Assembly: GCA_043228905.1 (NCBI GenBank)
Contig: JBHGNT010000009.1
Span: 11,594,001 to 11,658,000 of the forward strand
Direction of reading: 5' to 3'
DNA from: Azolla caroliniana
Lineage: Eukaryota > Plantae > Polypodiophyta
DNA: 64,000 nt
Positions within the stretch are counted from its first letter, which is position 1, and each line of letters opens with the position of its first letter. Positions 11,199-28,517 of the stretch are shown piece after piece. The translations under genes and the position numbers were made by a program. The notes under the pieces were generated by a model. That model made no database searches. It was not told the DNA's origin and saw only the letters and a program-made list of their open reading frames with translations.

Positions 11199-12979
11199 AA
11201 ACATATATCTTCCGCTGCACATAATCACTCTCGATTCTTTACACTAGTAAAGTCGACGAGTCACTTGGGTATGTGTGCTTGATATTATAATAAGTATGTG
11301 GTGAATACCCCAATATTAAGTGTGTGATTAATCGATTGTTGGTTACATGTTGTTTTTCCTTCAACTATCACTAATTATTGGTTATTTTGAGTGCCAATTC
11401 CTTTGGAAGTATGCCAACTCTCTAGGTGGTTGATAGATATCACCCACAATAAACAGAGTTGAAACCCACAATAGACAACAATGGGCCTAAGATTCAAGCA
11501 ATTTAATAGTACGAGAGGTTCTTGTGATTATTACGGAAAATTAGATATTAGGGGGGAACCTTCAAATAGAAGATGTCATTATTCAAATGAATCTACAATG
11601 GCCACATGCTCTTTATCATGAATCTTGAATTAATTTCTTTAGCTTCAAAATTTTCGTGAGTGAAAGGTAATTGGATGCACCATCATGCAACTATCCATTT
11701 CCTTCAATTTGTAACAAGAAACTAACAAATGCAAAATTTGGATGCATCAACTTCCATGATGAAGGGCTTGGTAAGGATCAACATGAACCAAATAGGTACA
11801 TATTATGGTGTGCAGGTGTTCCTTTGTGCCACCCTTTTAGAACACCCTTTTTAGCATGCATGTAGCTAAGTCAACCCACCCTTTTAGCACGCATGTAGCT
11901 AAGCCAACCTAAATGGGTACCTTTGTATTGACTATAAATTGAGCAAGAAGTAAGAAACTAAGTAAGCTGGTTTGGAGTCTCTTTATGTGCATTTCACATA
12001 TTGGGGAGATGACGGGCAAAATTTTAGTCGCGAACACCTTGTTCATGGCGTCCCAACCTCTCATTGCCTCTGAAGCCGTCAGATCCACTACATACTTGCT
12101 CCGATGCAATTCCAACAAACCATTCACCTCCACCCATGTTGCCCACATCAAGCCCAAAGCAACTCTTGCAAATCCTCTCCAACGCTATGCTTCAAATCAA
12201 CTCTTGAAACTGACCTCTTCTACTTCACAATCACCATCAATCACTCCACCCACACCATCTTGTTAGACTATGTTAGTAGTATCTCTTCCATTAGCGCCAC
12301 CGTAGTTCACCAATTAGGCCTCCCTCCATCCACCGCTCCCTCCATCCAAGTCCTTTTTGGTGATCACCAACATCTATACCACTCTCGCACGCAAGCCCAT
12401 TGCACCGTCACCTTAGGCATTCTCACTTTCTCACACCACTTTTACTTTTATGTTTAGCCCCACCAAATCTTCCCCCTCACTTTAGGTTGTGATCAGTTCC
12501 TCAAGCGTCGCGCTATAATTGAGTTCGATGCCCACCAACTTCCCACGAGCTCCCCGAATCCCCCTCCTATCCCCCACCTCAGCCAAGTCCATGTGGCCCT
12601 CAATCCACAGGAGCACTTGATCTCTAAGTCCGCCAATTGTTAGCTCATTTTCCATGATCTAGCCCCATCCAACTATTATTGTCATGATATGGCAAGATTC
12701 GAACCCATGACCTTATGTTACATGGGTCGAGCCTTTGCCACTAAACTATATATTGTAATACGAAGGATACTATTGTCATTTATTATTTCACTATAGAAAA
12801 TTGATGTATATTTCCAAATTTCTATGGAACATTCTAAAAACTTCAAGAGTACTCCTAAAAAAACTATAAAAGGAGGCACAAGGCATTATTTCGAACCAAA
12901 TCGGTTCAACGCCAATCATAAGCCTCATAGCTATTCTTGTACTTACTCTTCATATAATATAATATATCTTTTGTTATCA

Positions 12980-13029
<50 letters not shown>

Positions 13030-13189
13030 CGTGAGTTCTACACCCTTTTCTCTCTCTTAGTACTAATTCGCATCTTTTAGTACTAATTCCCTCTCTGCCT
13101 TAGATTGATCCTGGCAGTTTGAACCGATTTTGCCCTCATCCTCCTACCCCTCCTTCCTTTCATACTAACCCTCTTATCCTCCCTAGCAA

Positions 13190-16100
13190 AATGGCAATGG
13201 TTAGCACTCAGGAATACCAATCTGTTTTCTCAGAGCTTCAGAGCTTAAAAGAGAAGTTTGTAGCACTAGAACAAGAAAATCATCGTCTATTGGGGGATCT
13301 TCAACAAATAGCTTTAGAGAAACAACAACAACACGGGGAGCTGACGTTACGTGTACAACAACATGAAGCGACTATTGTGTCACTACAACAACAAGGATCA
13401 AGCGCTCAAGGGACTCACAAAGAACCCAAGATCGGACTTCATATGAAATTTGATGGGTCTCGATCACAGTTCAGAGGTTTTCTTAATCAAGTACGCTTAG
13501 TTATTCAAATGCACCATTCTCGATATCCCACCGATGCATCACGAGTGGGACTAGTAGGCACGCTACTTAGTGGCACGGCTTTGGCATGGTTCACCCCCCT
13601 GTTAGAAAAAAAACTCTCCCTTGTTAAATAATTTCGAAGAGTTTATTAGCGAGTTTAAATCCTGTTTTGGAGATAACGGTGTTAGGACGACAATCAACAA
13701 AATCCGAAGATTGCGCCAAGGTGAGCGCCCAGCCTCGGCTTATGCTACGGATTTCCGTCTTCTTGCCACCGATATTCCCTAGGATGACCAGGCATTAATG
13801 GAACAATTTCGTTTTGGCCTACGTAATGATGTCAAGGATTTACTCTTAACTTTCCCCGGAGAGCCAAAGTCATTGATAGAAGCAATCAGTCGCACGGTGC
13901 AATGCAATAACCGCCTTTTCGAATGACGTTCGGAACATCCGTTCCAAATGCCAAGGACAAGATCAGAGCCCACCTACGCCTCAGTTGTAGCAAAACCTTT
14001 TCCAAGGGAGTCATATAATGTGTCTCCAGCAAATACTCCAACTCCAATGGAAATCGACACCACCCGTCGTCGCGGACCATTTTCGGAAGAGGAAAAGTAG
14101 TGACGCCAAGCAAATCGACTATGTCTCTATTGCGGTGGACCAAGGCATATTGCGGTGAACCGTCCCCATAGGCCAAGAAGACAGGTAAACTAAATAGTCG
14201 CTAGTTCTAATTGTACTAAACCCGAGTCTATTTCAGTGGGAATATTTGATAGGCCTAATAGTACTAATAGCCCAAGCCTTTCAAACAATTTTGAAATCCT
14301 TAGTCAACTAGAAGAAGAGTTAAACGATTAAGTCTAGCCAAAATAGGAGCCGTTTGGTTTGACAGCCCTAGATCTGTGCAACCCATTAGTGGTTCCATTT
14401 CCTCTAAGCAAGTTAGCAATGTGTTCTTAGCCCAAGTAATGGTTAGTACTAAAAGTATTCCTCCAGTACATGTCTTAGCACTCTTGGATTCCGGAGCTAA
14501 CTCTTGCTTTATGGATAGGAATTTTGCCCAAGCTCATCAGATATCCCTAAGAAAACTTTCTTGCCCAACATTTGTAGTAGTTATTGATGGTCGTCCCATT
14601 GCTTCCAGAAAAATTGTAGAAGAGTCAGAGCCGATTCAGGTTGTCCTAGATAACTTGGTGTGTGTAGTATCATTTAATATAATTAGTAGTCCAAACCATC
14701 CAATTGTCTTGGGGTTACCATGGTTTGAATTACATAACCCAAGCATAGATTGGAGAACAAGATAAATCTGGGTATCTATTCATAGGATTGCAACCATTTT
14801 GCTACGTCAATTGCGTGAGGAAGGATGCAAGGAAGCAATGTTTGTCTTCGTAGAATCCGTAAAACCTTCCGACACCACTAAAGAGGAATCCACAGTTCAA
14901 CTTCCAAAGAAATATCATCATTATGCCGATGTGTTCAATAAGGTACAAAGCCAATACGCTTCCTCACCACCGACCGTATGATTGCCCCATTGATTTACAA
15001 CCGGGAAAAGAGCCACCATGGGGCCCGATCTACAACTTGTCACCAACCGAGCTACAAGTCCTTTGAGCCTATATAGAGGAGAATTTGGCAAACGGGTTTA
15101 TTCGACATTCGAAATCTCCGGCCGGCGCACCCATTTTCTTTGTCAAGAAAAAGGATGGATCACTTCCTCTCGTCGTAGATTACCATGGCTTGAATAAGGT
15201 CACCATCAGGAATAGGTATGCACTCCCCCTTATCTCAAGCCTTTTAGAACGGATCAATGGTGCAAGGTTCTTCACAAAGATCGACTTATGAGGAGCATAT
15301 AACCTCATACGGATCCGCCCAGGAGATGAATGGAAGACCGCGTTTTGCACCAAATATGGGCACTTAGTATACAATCATGCCATTTGGTCTTACTAATGCA
15401 CCAACAGTCTTCCAACACATGGCAAATGATATCTTCCAAGATCTCTTGGATGTTTGTTTGATCATCTATTTGGATGATCTACTGGTTTATTCAAAGACCC
15501 AAGAAGAGCATGATTCTCATGTGCTATTGGTACTAAAACGGCTTCGAGAACATGGTCTTTATGCAAAACTAGAAAAATGTAGTTTTGAGTGCAACCATGT
15601 GGAATTTCTAGGCTATGTCATCTCCTTGGAAGGCATCTTTATGGATCTAGATAAGGTCAAAACTGTGATAGAGTGGCAGACTCCATGTTCGTTGCGAGAT
15701 GTGCAATGCTTTTTAGGCTTTGCCAATTTTTACCGCAAGTTTATACAGGATTACTCAAAGCTTATTCTGACTCTCACACAACTTACTAAGAAGGGGCAAT
15801 CGTTTGTTTGGTCTAAAGAAGCGGGCATGGCTTTTGAGAGTCTTAAGAAGGCATTCACATCAGCTCCTATTCTAGCTCATGTTGATCCGGCAAAACCTTT
15901 CGTCATTGAGGCAGACGGGTCGGATTTCGCCTTGGGTAGTATTCTTTCACAACAAGGTGATGATGAAAAGCTACATCTTGTGGCTTTCCACTCATGCAAG
16001 TTTGATGCCGCTGAAATCAACTATGAAATTCACGATAAAGAGTTATTAGCAATAGTGGACTCTTTTACGCAATGGAGGCATTTTCTAGAGAGATCTTCTC

Positions 16101-16990
16101 ATCAAGTCACCGTATTTAGTGATCACAAAAATCTTGCCTACTTCTAGAATGCTCATGTATTAAATCGATGTCAAGCTCGGTGGGCCCAATTCCTCATTCA
16201 TTTCGACTTCAAAATTACATATCATCTTGGAAAGCAGCAAGGGAAGGCAAATGCGTTATTGCGACGCTCGTATCTAGCACCGCATCCTGGTGAGCCAACA
16301 TTCGAGAACCAAAAGCAAGTAATCTTGGGACCGGCACGACTGCAATCAACATGGGTTTTCGATATGCCATTGGATTCCCACATTATCGATACCATACGTG
16401 AGGACTTGAAGATAGATGCTTTCACTCAAGCCATTATAGCACAAATTGATCCCTCTCAAGCATATTGTTCACAGTCGCAACCAGGTATGGATTATCGACA
16501 ATTCGAATGTCATGATGGATTACTATTATTTAAGAAGCTCTTGTATGTTCCTAACCGTTCTTGTCGCCTTCGAGTAGTTCAAAATTGTCATGACACATAT
16601 ACAATTAGGCATTTTGGTAGTACTAAAACATTAGATTTAGTACAACGATCATTTTGGTGGCCCCATATGCGACGATCTACCTCCGCAACTACGGATACAT
16701 CCGGTATTTCATAGTTCTCTTCTAGAACCCTATCAGGACAGTACTATCCCAGGTCGTATCAAACCACCTCCACCTCCAATCGAACTTGAAGATGGACCTG
16801 AGTACGAGGTTGCCGCCATCCTCGATTCCAAGATTGTTCGCAACAAGCTCTACTATTTGATCGATTGGATAGGATATAGCCCTAATGAGCATACTTGGGA
16901 ACCAATAGAGAATGTGACCAATGCTCGTGCTCTTTTCGAAGACTTCCATCATCAATATCCAAACAAACCGGGTCCTCAATCCAAAACGAC
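13190..16990 (+). pseudogene. Chromovirus gag-pol (gag, PR, RT, RH, truncated IN, chromodomain)
   Basis: ORF-track fragments 13119, 14376, 15085, 15377, 16259 and 16857. Multiple stops and frameshifts. Confidence 0.88.
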
Positions 16991-17298
16991 TCATAACACT
17001 CGTCATTTTAAAAGGGGGATAGTGTCAAGATATGGCAACCCATGACCTTATGTTACATGGGTCGGGCCTTTGCCATTAAACTATATATTGTAATACAAAA
17101 GATATTATTTTCATTTATTATTTCATTGTAGAAAATTGATGCATATTTCTAGATTTCTTTGGAACATTCTAGAAACTTCAGGAGTACTCCTGAAAACACT
17201 ATAAAAGGAGGCACAAGGCATTATTTTGAACCAAATCAGTTCAACACCAGTCTTAAGCCTCGTAGCTATTCTTGTACATACTCTTCATATAATATAAT

Positions 17299-18004
17299 TG
17301 ACAGGAACTACATGCTCCCAATGAACAACGCTCGACCACAACCGAGCCTAGAGTAAAACACAGAAAACAGGGAATGAAACACAACACGATAGAGAGAAGA
17401 GTACACATGATGTTTACGTGGAAAACCCAAACTCGGGAAAAAACCATGGCAGCCCACAGACTGCAAACTATCACTATGTCAGAATGTACAATAAGAAAGC
17501 ACCGAGGCCACGACCTCGAGCTTGCTATCTTCGCCACAGGCAGCGGTTACAACAGAGGCAACAACCTCTTCCTCTCTCTCACTCTCTCTGTACACAGTTG
17601 CACGCTCTAATCTTACACCAACAAGAATGACAACAACTATCATCATAAACAAAGTTTGCCCTAAGTCATATTTATACTAATATGACTTTTCGGCTATTTA
17701 CAAATATAGCCCCGATGGCTTCTCAAGAAAACATATTTACGAATATGTCCCTTCATCTGGTGAGCACTTCTCACCAGGCCTTCACCATCCAGCTCTTGTC
17801 GAGTACTCGTCATCTGGTTCTCCGTAGCCGGGTACTCCTCATCCGGTTCTCACCGGGTCTTCCGTTGCCGGGTATTCCTCATCCGGTTCTCACCGGGTCT
17901 TCACCATCCGGCTCTTGCCGGGTACTCCTCATCCAGTTTCGGCCGAGTTTGCTCATCGGCACTGTTCTCCTCACTTCCCATCCGGAGGGACCTGTTTCCT
18001 AACA
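17299..18004 (-). mobile_element. Copia-type solo LTR inserted in the 3' LTR of the chromovirus
   Basis: TG...CA ends with perfect TSD ATAAT. Shares the TTTACGTGGAAA(A)CCC...GGAAAAA motif and the GGAGGGAC...AACA end with the Copia LTR at 35512-36174, whose orientation is fixed by its PBS. Confidence 0.85.
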
Positions 18005-19180
18005 ATAATATATCTTTTGTTATCATGATTCTCTCTCTCTCTCTCTCCTTCTCTCGTGAGTTCTACACCCTTTTCTCTCTCTTAGTACTAATTCACATCT
18101 TTTAGTACTAATTCACTCTCTGTCTTAGTACTGTTCTTGACAATTATCTGATTAGGGCTGCTAGTTCCATGAGGATGTTCTCAACGAAGTTGCAGCTCAA
18201 CCAAGTGTCCAACAGGTGTTTACATCCCCATACCATCCTCAGATAAATAGCCTCACCGAACACCTCAACAAGACCCTCAAGCAGGAGATCACCGCTTACA
18301 TCGATCCATGCCACAAAACTTGGGATCAAATCTTGCCTTTCCACACCCATGCCTACAATACATCCGTACAAGCGTCAACACGGATCAACCCTTTTCGAGC
18401 ACTCTATGGGCACGACCCTTGCCTCCCACCAAAATCATCCATTCCAAACTGGCCAACATGGATAGTGCCACTTGGGGGCTCTATCTCCAATAGATGCTCC
18501 CCTCCGTCGACAAGTGGCACTATGAGGTCAAATTACCCCAACTTATGTTGATGGAACCAATCTGGCAATGCGGTCTCAGCGAATCCCTCATGCACCGATG
18601 GATCGGCCCGTTCACCGTAGTTCATGCCCTCAGATCCACTACGTGCTTGCTCCGATGTGATTCCAACGACCGATTCACCTCCGCCCATGTTGCCTACATC
18701 GAGCCCTATGCCACCCCAAGCCCATCTTCTGACTCCCGTCCTTTCCATATGTCGTAAACCTCCTTGTTTCTCTTAAGGGGGAAATGTGGTGTGCATGTGT
18801 TCCTTTGTGCCACCCTTTTAGAACACCCTTTTTAGCATGCATGTAGCTAAACCAACCCACCCTTTTTAGAACGCATGCAGCTAAGCCAACCTAAATGGGT
18901 AACTTTGTATCGACTATAAATTGAGCGAGAAGTAAGAAGCTAAGTAAGCTGGTTTAGAGTCTCTTTATGTGCATTTCACAATATCAACAACACTTGAAAC
19001 AGTAAATGATTAGTTCTTCCATGTTAGTTATATGATAGGCAAGCATAGTAGAGAATATTGAATCCCAAGAAAATTTTCACATCGTGCGCTAAACGTAGTG
19101 TTTGCTAGTCTAGAATTGTATGAAAATCCATAGGATCAATAAAGAGACCATTATAGTCAAATAATGTACCATGCTAAATA

Positions 19181-20203
19181 ATTATTATTATTATTATTAT
19201 TATTCAAAGTAAAGCTACTTTCCCATTAGTTAGGAAGGATTATTACATAGAGTCTATAAGGAGACTTATACACACATCGGGGAGACTTCCTCCGATCAAG
19301 CCAAAGAAGATGAGCCACTTACATTGCCTTGCGGCCTAACTTAATGTAAGAAGCTACCTATATCCAAGGCGATGCCCTTCAATGTTGCCTAGTACGAGTC
19401 GGCTCTTGGGGCCTACACCGAAGAGAGGGTGGTAGGTGAGTAGGAAACAACCAACGTGGGGGCTGGTAGTTCCACCTCGGGCCACTCCCGCCTTGCATCA
19501 CCATAGGTGTGTTCCGCCATTTTTGCCAAAAGCGCAAACGGGCAGTGGTCACGTCGTTGGAGTGGCTGCAAACCTCTTCCAGTTGCCCTCGTAGGCAGCT
19601 GATAAGCGCGAACCATATGTCCATGATCACTTCCTCTGGGGGCCGTACCGTACCTTGGAAGACCTTGAGGCAACGCGCTTTCCATATATACCACAAGGTG
19701 AAACCTGCGATCAACATCCAGATTTCCGGAAACCTAGGGGATGCGGGCTGCAAGCCTCTTTCAAAACGGATCTTGACGATTTTGCCTCTCGTGCATACAT
19801 AGCACCAACTATCCGCATTGACGGCGTCCATCCACCCTTCGACCGAGTGATCAATCCATGCCGCAGCGCTCCACGAGGCTGTTCCTTCAACTTCACATGC
19901 CACAAGGAGGCGAGTCACTCTATCCCATACCTTTTGAGCTTGAGGGCAATCCCACAAACAATGTCTCAGAGACTCAATAGGTAGAGAGCACAGTGGGCAG
20001 CCTAACGGGCCGCCACGTTTATCTAACCATTCGCCAACGAGCACCACATTATGACCGATCTGCCACCAAAAGAGCTTAATCTTTTCAGGCATGTGGAGAC
20101 GCCAAAGACCCTTCCAAAAGGCAATGAGCGCCTCATCGGGGATGCCCAATGTTCACCAGCCGTTGCGAAGGGGGCCGCCTGGCTGCAGCTGCAAAGTCCG
20201 ACC
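19181..20203 (-). mobile_element. 5'-truncated L1-clade LINE (zf-RVT-like C-terminus) with (AAT)n tail
   Basis: ORF 19379-20149 (-): W..LWR.HMPEKIKLFWW...CPLC..PIESLRHCLWDC...W.IWKAR. Tail reads (ATT)n on + at 19181-19204. Confidence 0.85.
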
Positions 20204-21479
20204 AGAAAATATTGAATCCCAAGAAAAATTTCACATCGTGCGCTAAACCTAGTGTTTGCTAGTCCAAAGTTGTACTAAAAACCATAAGATCAATAAAGAT
20301 ACCTTTTAGTTGAAATTATACTTCTCCAAGTTTTTCTTAAAAGATCATATTCACCCAAAGGATATAGAACTTGAGAAGAATGGATACCATGCTTCTCTCA
20401 AGTATTTGAATAGATTAGGATATTATCCAAATAATTAAGCATGGTGAATATTTATAGGAAGTCCTTAGAAAGTCATTGGCACATTCATGAGTTTGAAAGG
20501 CATAATGGAATACTCAAGATATTTGTATTGAGTAGTGATAAGCCATCTTTTGTTGATATTTAGGAAATAGAGACAAGGTTTTATGCACCTTGAAAAGGTT
20601 CTACACAATGAGTATTTTATATCAAATCACAAGAGATTGAATCGAGAATGTGAGATATTGATAGTCACCAAATTCTCATCAACATATCCTTGAAGAATCT
20701 GATGGCGTCAAATAATAAATGATAAGGACGATGCTCCCGAAGAGTATTACCACCACCTTATCAAAGACATTTGCAATATCTAGATAGTTTGTTGATAGTA
20801 GGGACTATTGAGTTTTGTGGGTTGGGAGATGGGGTTTGCGAATGGGGCAAATACAAACATTTTCCTCTTTTCATGACATTTGTAGAGAAATTGTTGAGAT
20901 ATGATGGGGCTTTGAATCTGGTTCAATATTAATAATGGACTCCCAAGTGTTGCATGATTATTACAGGAATCCTTAATTTCCCAATTTCTCAACACAATGC
21001 TAAGTGGCCCCCACCATCAATGATTTGGAAATATTTGAGAAAGACCACTTGATGGTTGTGGTCGAAACTACATGTCCCTAGTTTGGCACAAAGCCCCCAA
21101 GTTCTTTTGCAATGGTTAGCGAGCTTTCGACGGGCATGGATAATAGATATGAATGAATGAATGATGCTCCTCTTTTGGGTGGTTCCCTGAATGGATAGCG
21201 GTTGGTGTCCCCAACCAAAATAAGGTAAAGTGAAGGATGTTGGACGATGATGGCCCTTAATCTTCTTCTTCCGGAAAAGAAAACCGAGAGGTGCCCATGC
21301 GCAGCAGGCAGGCGGCCAATAACAAGCTATATGTATGTATGTATGTATGCATGTATTCAATCCCATCCCATCCCATCCATCCGTATACATATGTATGACC
21401 AACCAAACCAGAAAAACATCATGCGCCTAAATTCTAATTATTATGTATACATATGTATGTATGTGTATGTTTCTACATA

Positions 21480-21512
21480 CACATACATACATATGTAATT
21501 GATTTAGGTCTA

Positions 21513-21565
<53 letters not shown>

Positions 21566-21574
21566 CACACTCAC

Positions 21575-21614
<40 letters not shown>

Positions 21615-21630
21615 ACACTCACTCTCTCCA
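21480..21630. repeat. Compound (CA)n/(CT)n microsatellite upstream of the spermidine synthase gene
   Basis: Directly visible dinucleotide runs. Confidence 0.9.
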
Positions 21631-21733
21631 TGTCTCGTTCTCTCTCCCAGTCATAGGCAGAACCAGAAGAGGAAGGCCATCGCCATCACTTTCTTCTTCT
21701 TCTTCGTAGCAGTAGCTAGCAAAAAGATTACTA

Positions 21734-26632
<4,899 letters not shown>

Positions 26633-28517
26633 GTAGATATGAAGAGAAAATCTACAATTTTTATTATTTAACAGAATTTTGCAATGTGGCATCCGTCATT
26701 GTGATCAACATCTTCTTTTCTTCGATTCTAGTTATATTACTCTTTTTTTTTGATAGATTCAAGTTTTACATGCTTGCATTATAAAAAGCAGTATTTTTGT
26801 AGTTTAATTTGTGCATCTTTGCACTATACACCTCTGATCAACTTATGTTCAATTTTTCTTTTTACTTTCATTGGAATAAAATTTTTGATTAAAACTTGCT
26901 TTCGAAAACGTAGTCACATGGAAATATATTTTACTTTTCTTAGAATCCTGGTTTTGTTTCATGTGCTGTTATAGGATGGTTACAGTATATAAGTAACCCT
27001 GATTGTTTGTAATGTATAACTAGAATGAATGTGTTAAAAAATGTAATGTAACGAAAGCCATTAAAAGGATTTACAAAAGTAGTGTTAGTCTTTCATGTAA
27101 AGCTGGGAAACTTAACACGATTGCATGCCTCTTGCTGACTGAATGACTAGAAGACTATGAAACAGTCATCCATAACTTTTGGAGTAAAACATATTAGGGT
27201 TTCCTTATGCTCAGAACCACCTTCTAGCGTTATACTTACAGTCTGTTGTGCTGTCTAGAACTTTTGAAGGAACCTCTAGATCTCCGCTTTTTGTTTCCAA
27301 GGGAGTGGATGCTTATTGCTGATCAATGACTACACCAATTCAAGTAACTTTTGAGTTGATTCTTCTAGCTCAAAGTATCTTGAGTTTTTGACTAATCTGG
27401 TTGACATCTCTTTGCCACACATATTTTCTTGGCCGTCGAGTTGTTTTTTCATGTATTGCGTTATCTACTTTCCAGTCCCTTAGGGCTTTGGTATGTGTGC
27501 TTTTTTTGTTTGTTGTAGGTTTTCATATGTATGGGTTTTGTACTTGGTTTGTAGCAACATCAAAATGTTAGGTGTTGACAGTTGCTCTTCTTGCCGTCTA
27601 TCTTTTAGTGTGGTGATGCCCATAATGTCTAGAGGATGGCATGAGATTTGAGTGGTGGCCCTTAAGGTGTTGAATGTTGTCTTTGTACACTTGGATAGGA
27701 GAGCGAGTGGTGATGAGTAGGTGGAGATCTTTGTTATTCAAGCCAACTATGATGAATCTCTCATACAAATGCTCCTTTGTGATCTTATTACTTGTGGTGT
27801 GTGAGCCTAGTTTGCTATGATAGTGCAGAACACTTCAGTGGCTGTTCATTGGAGCACCAGGGCTTAGTTGTTGTGGCCACTAGAATGATAAACTGGTTGG
27901 CAGTGTGGGTATGTGCCAAGTTGGACTCCAAAACCAAAGTTGTTTTGCATGTTGCACTAGAAGTTCTTGAATGTTGACGGTGAATATGTCCAATTGGTGT
28001 TGTAATTGATGGCTTGCGCGTAATAATCATAGCCACTTCCTTATTTGAAGCTTTGGTGGCACTGGTTGCTTTTTTGACTACTAAAGACAGTGATCTATGC
28101 TAACACGAACATAATGCGCATGTGTGAAATATGAGTGGGACCATTGGGGACATGAACAAAGGAAAATGGGAATTGGGTCAAAGACTTCGGGAACCTTGCA
28201 ACTTTTGATTGTAATTGCTTCAAATGTCTTTGATAGGCTTTGTTAATGTCACTATATGTATATTGGTACATCAATATACATACGGATTTAAGAATGCCTA
28301 GGTATATGAATATTCGTGTATATATGTCTGTAAATATTTATATATATGATAATGAGCAAGACATGTATTCGTAAATACTAGTGTGATTGTGTACTTGAGA
28401 GAGTGCATGTAAGTATGTATGTAAGGATGTGTATGTATTTATGAATATGTATATACGTGCATATCAGTAGGTGGAATTGTGCATGTGTGTACATATGTGA
28501 TGGGTGTATATATATGT

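Larger units (their letters stand above)
1453..11243 (+). mobile_element. Ty1/Copia LTR retrotransposon (Bryco-like, degenerate) with a LINE inside its 3' LTR
   Basis: 5' LTR 1453-1836 (TGTTG...CCA). 3' LTR split into 6459-6717 and 11151-11243. TSD TTAGT/CTAGT (1 mismatch). tRNA-iMet PBS TGGTAT(T/C)AGAGC at 1837 and 1964. Purine tract before 6459. Domain order gag-PR-IN-RT-RH. Confidence 0.9.
12680..18142 (+). mobile_element. Ty3/Gypsy chromovirus (Tcn1-like), degenerate, integrase core deleted
   Basis: LTRs 12680-13116 and 17023-18142 (the second is interrupted). Perfect TSD ATTAT. PPT AAAAGGGGGATAG. gag 13190-, protease LLDSGANSCFM, RT IYLDDLL, RNase H, chromodomain YEVAAILD...DWIGYSPNEHTWEP near 16800-16960. 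Confidence 0.92.
11804..18980 (+). mobile_element. Small degenerate Ty3/Gypsy-derived element with about 195-bp LTRs, host of a nested chromovirus
   Basis: LTRs 11804-11998 and 18785-18980. PPT AAGGGGGAAA 18775-18784. Apparent 4-bp TSD ATAT. Protease-like remnant near 12250-12450 and integrase remnant 18216-18720 (SPYHPQ..L.E..NKTL...WD..LP...AYN, WIGPF). No RT seen. Confidence 0.8.
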
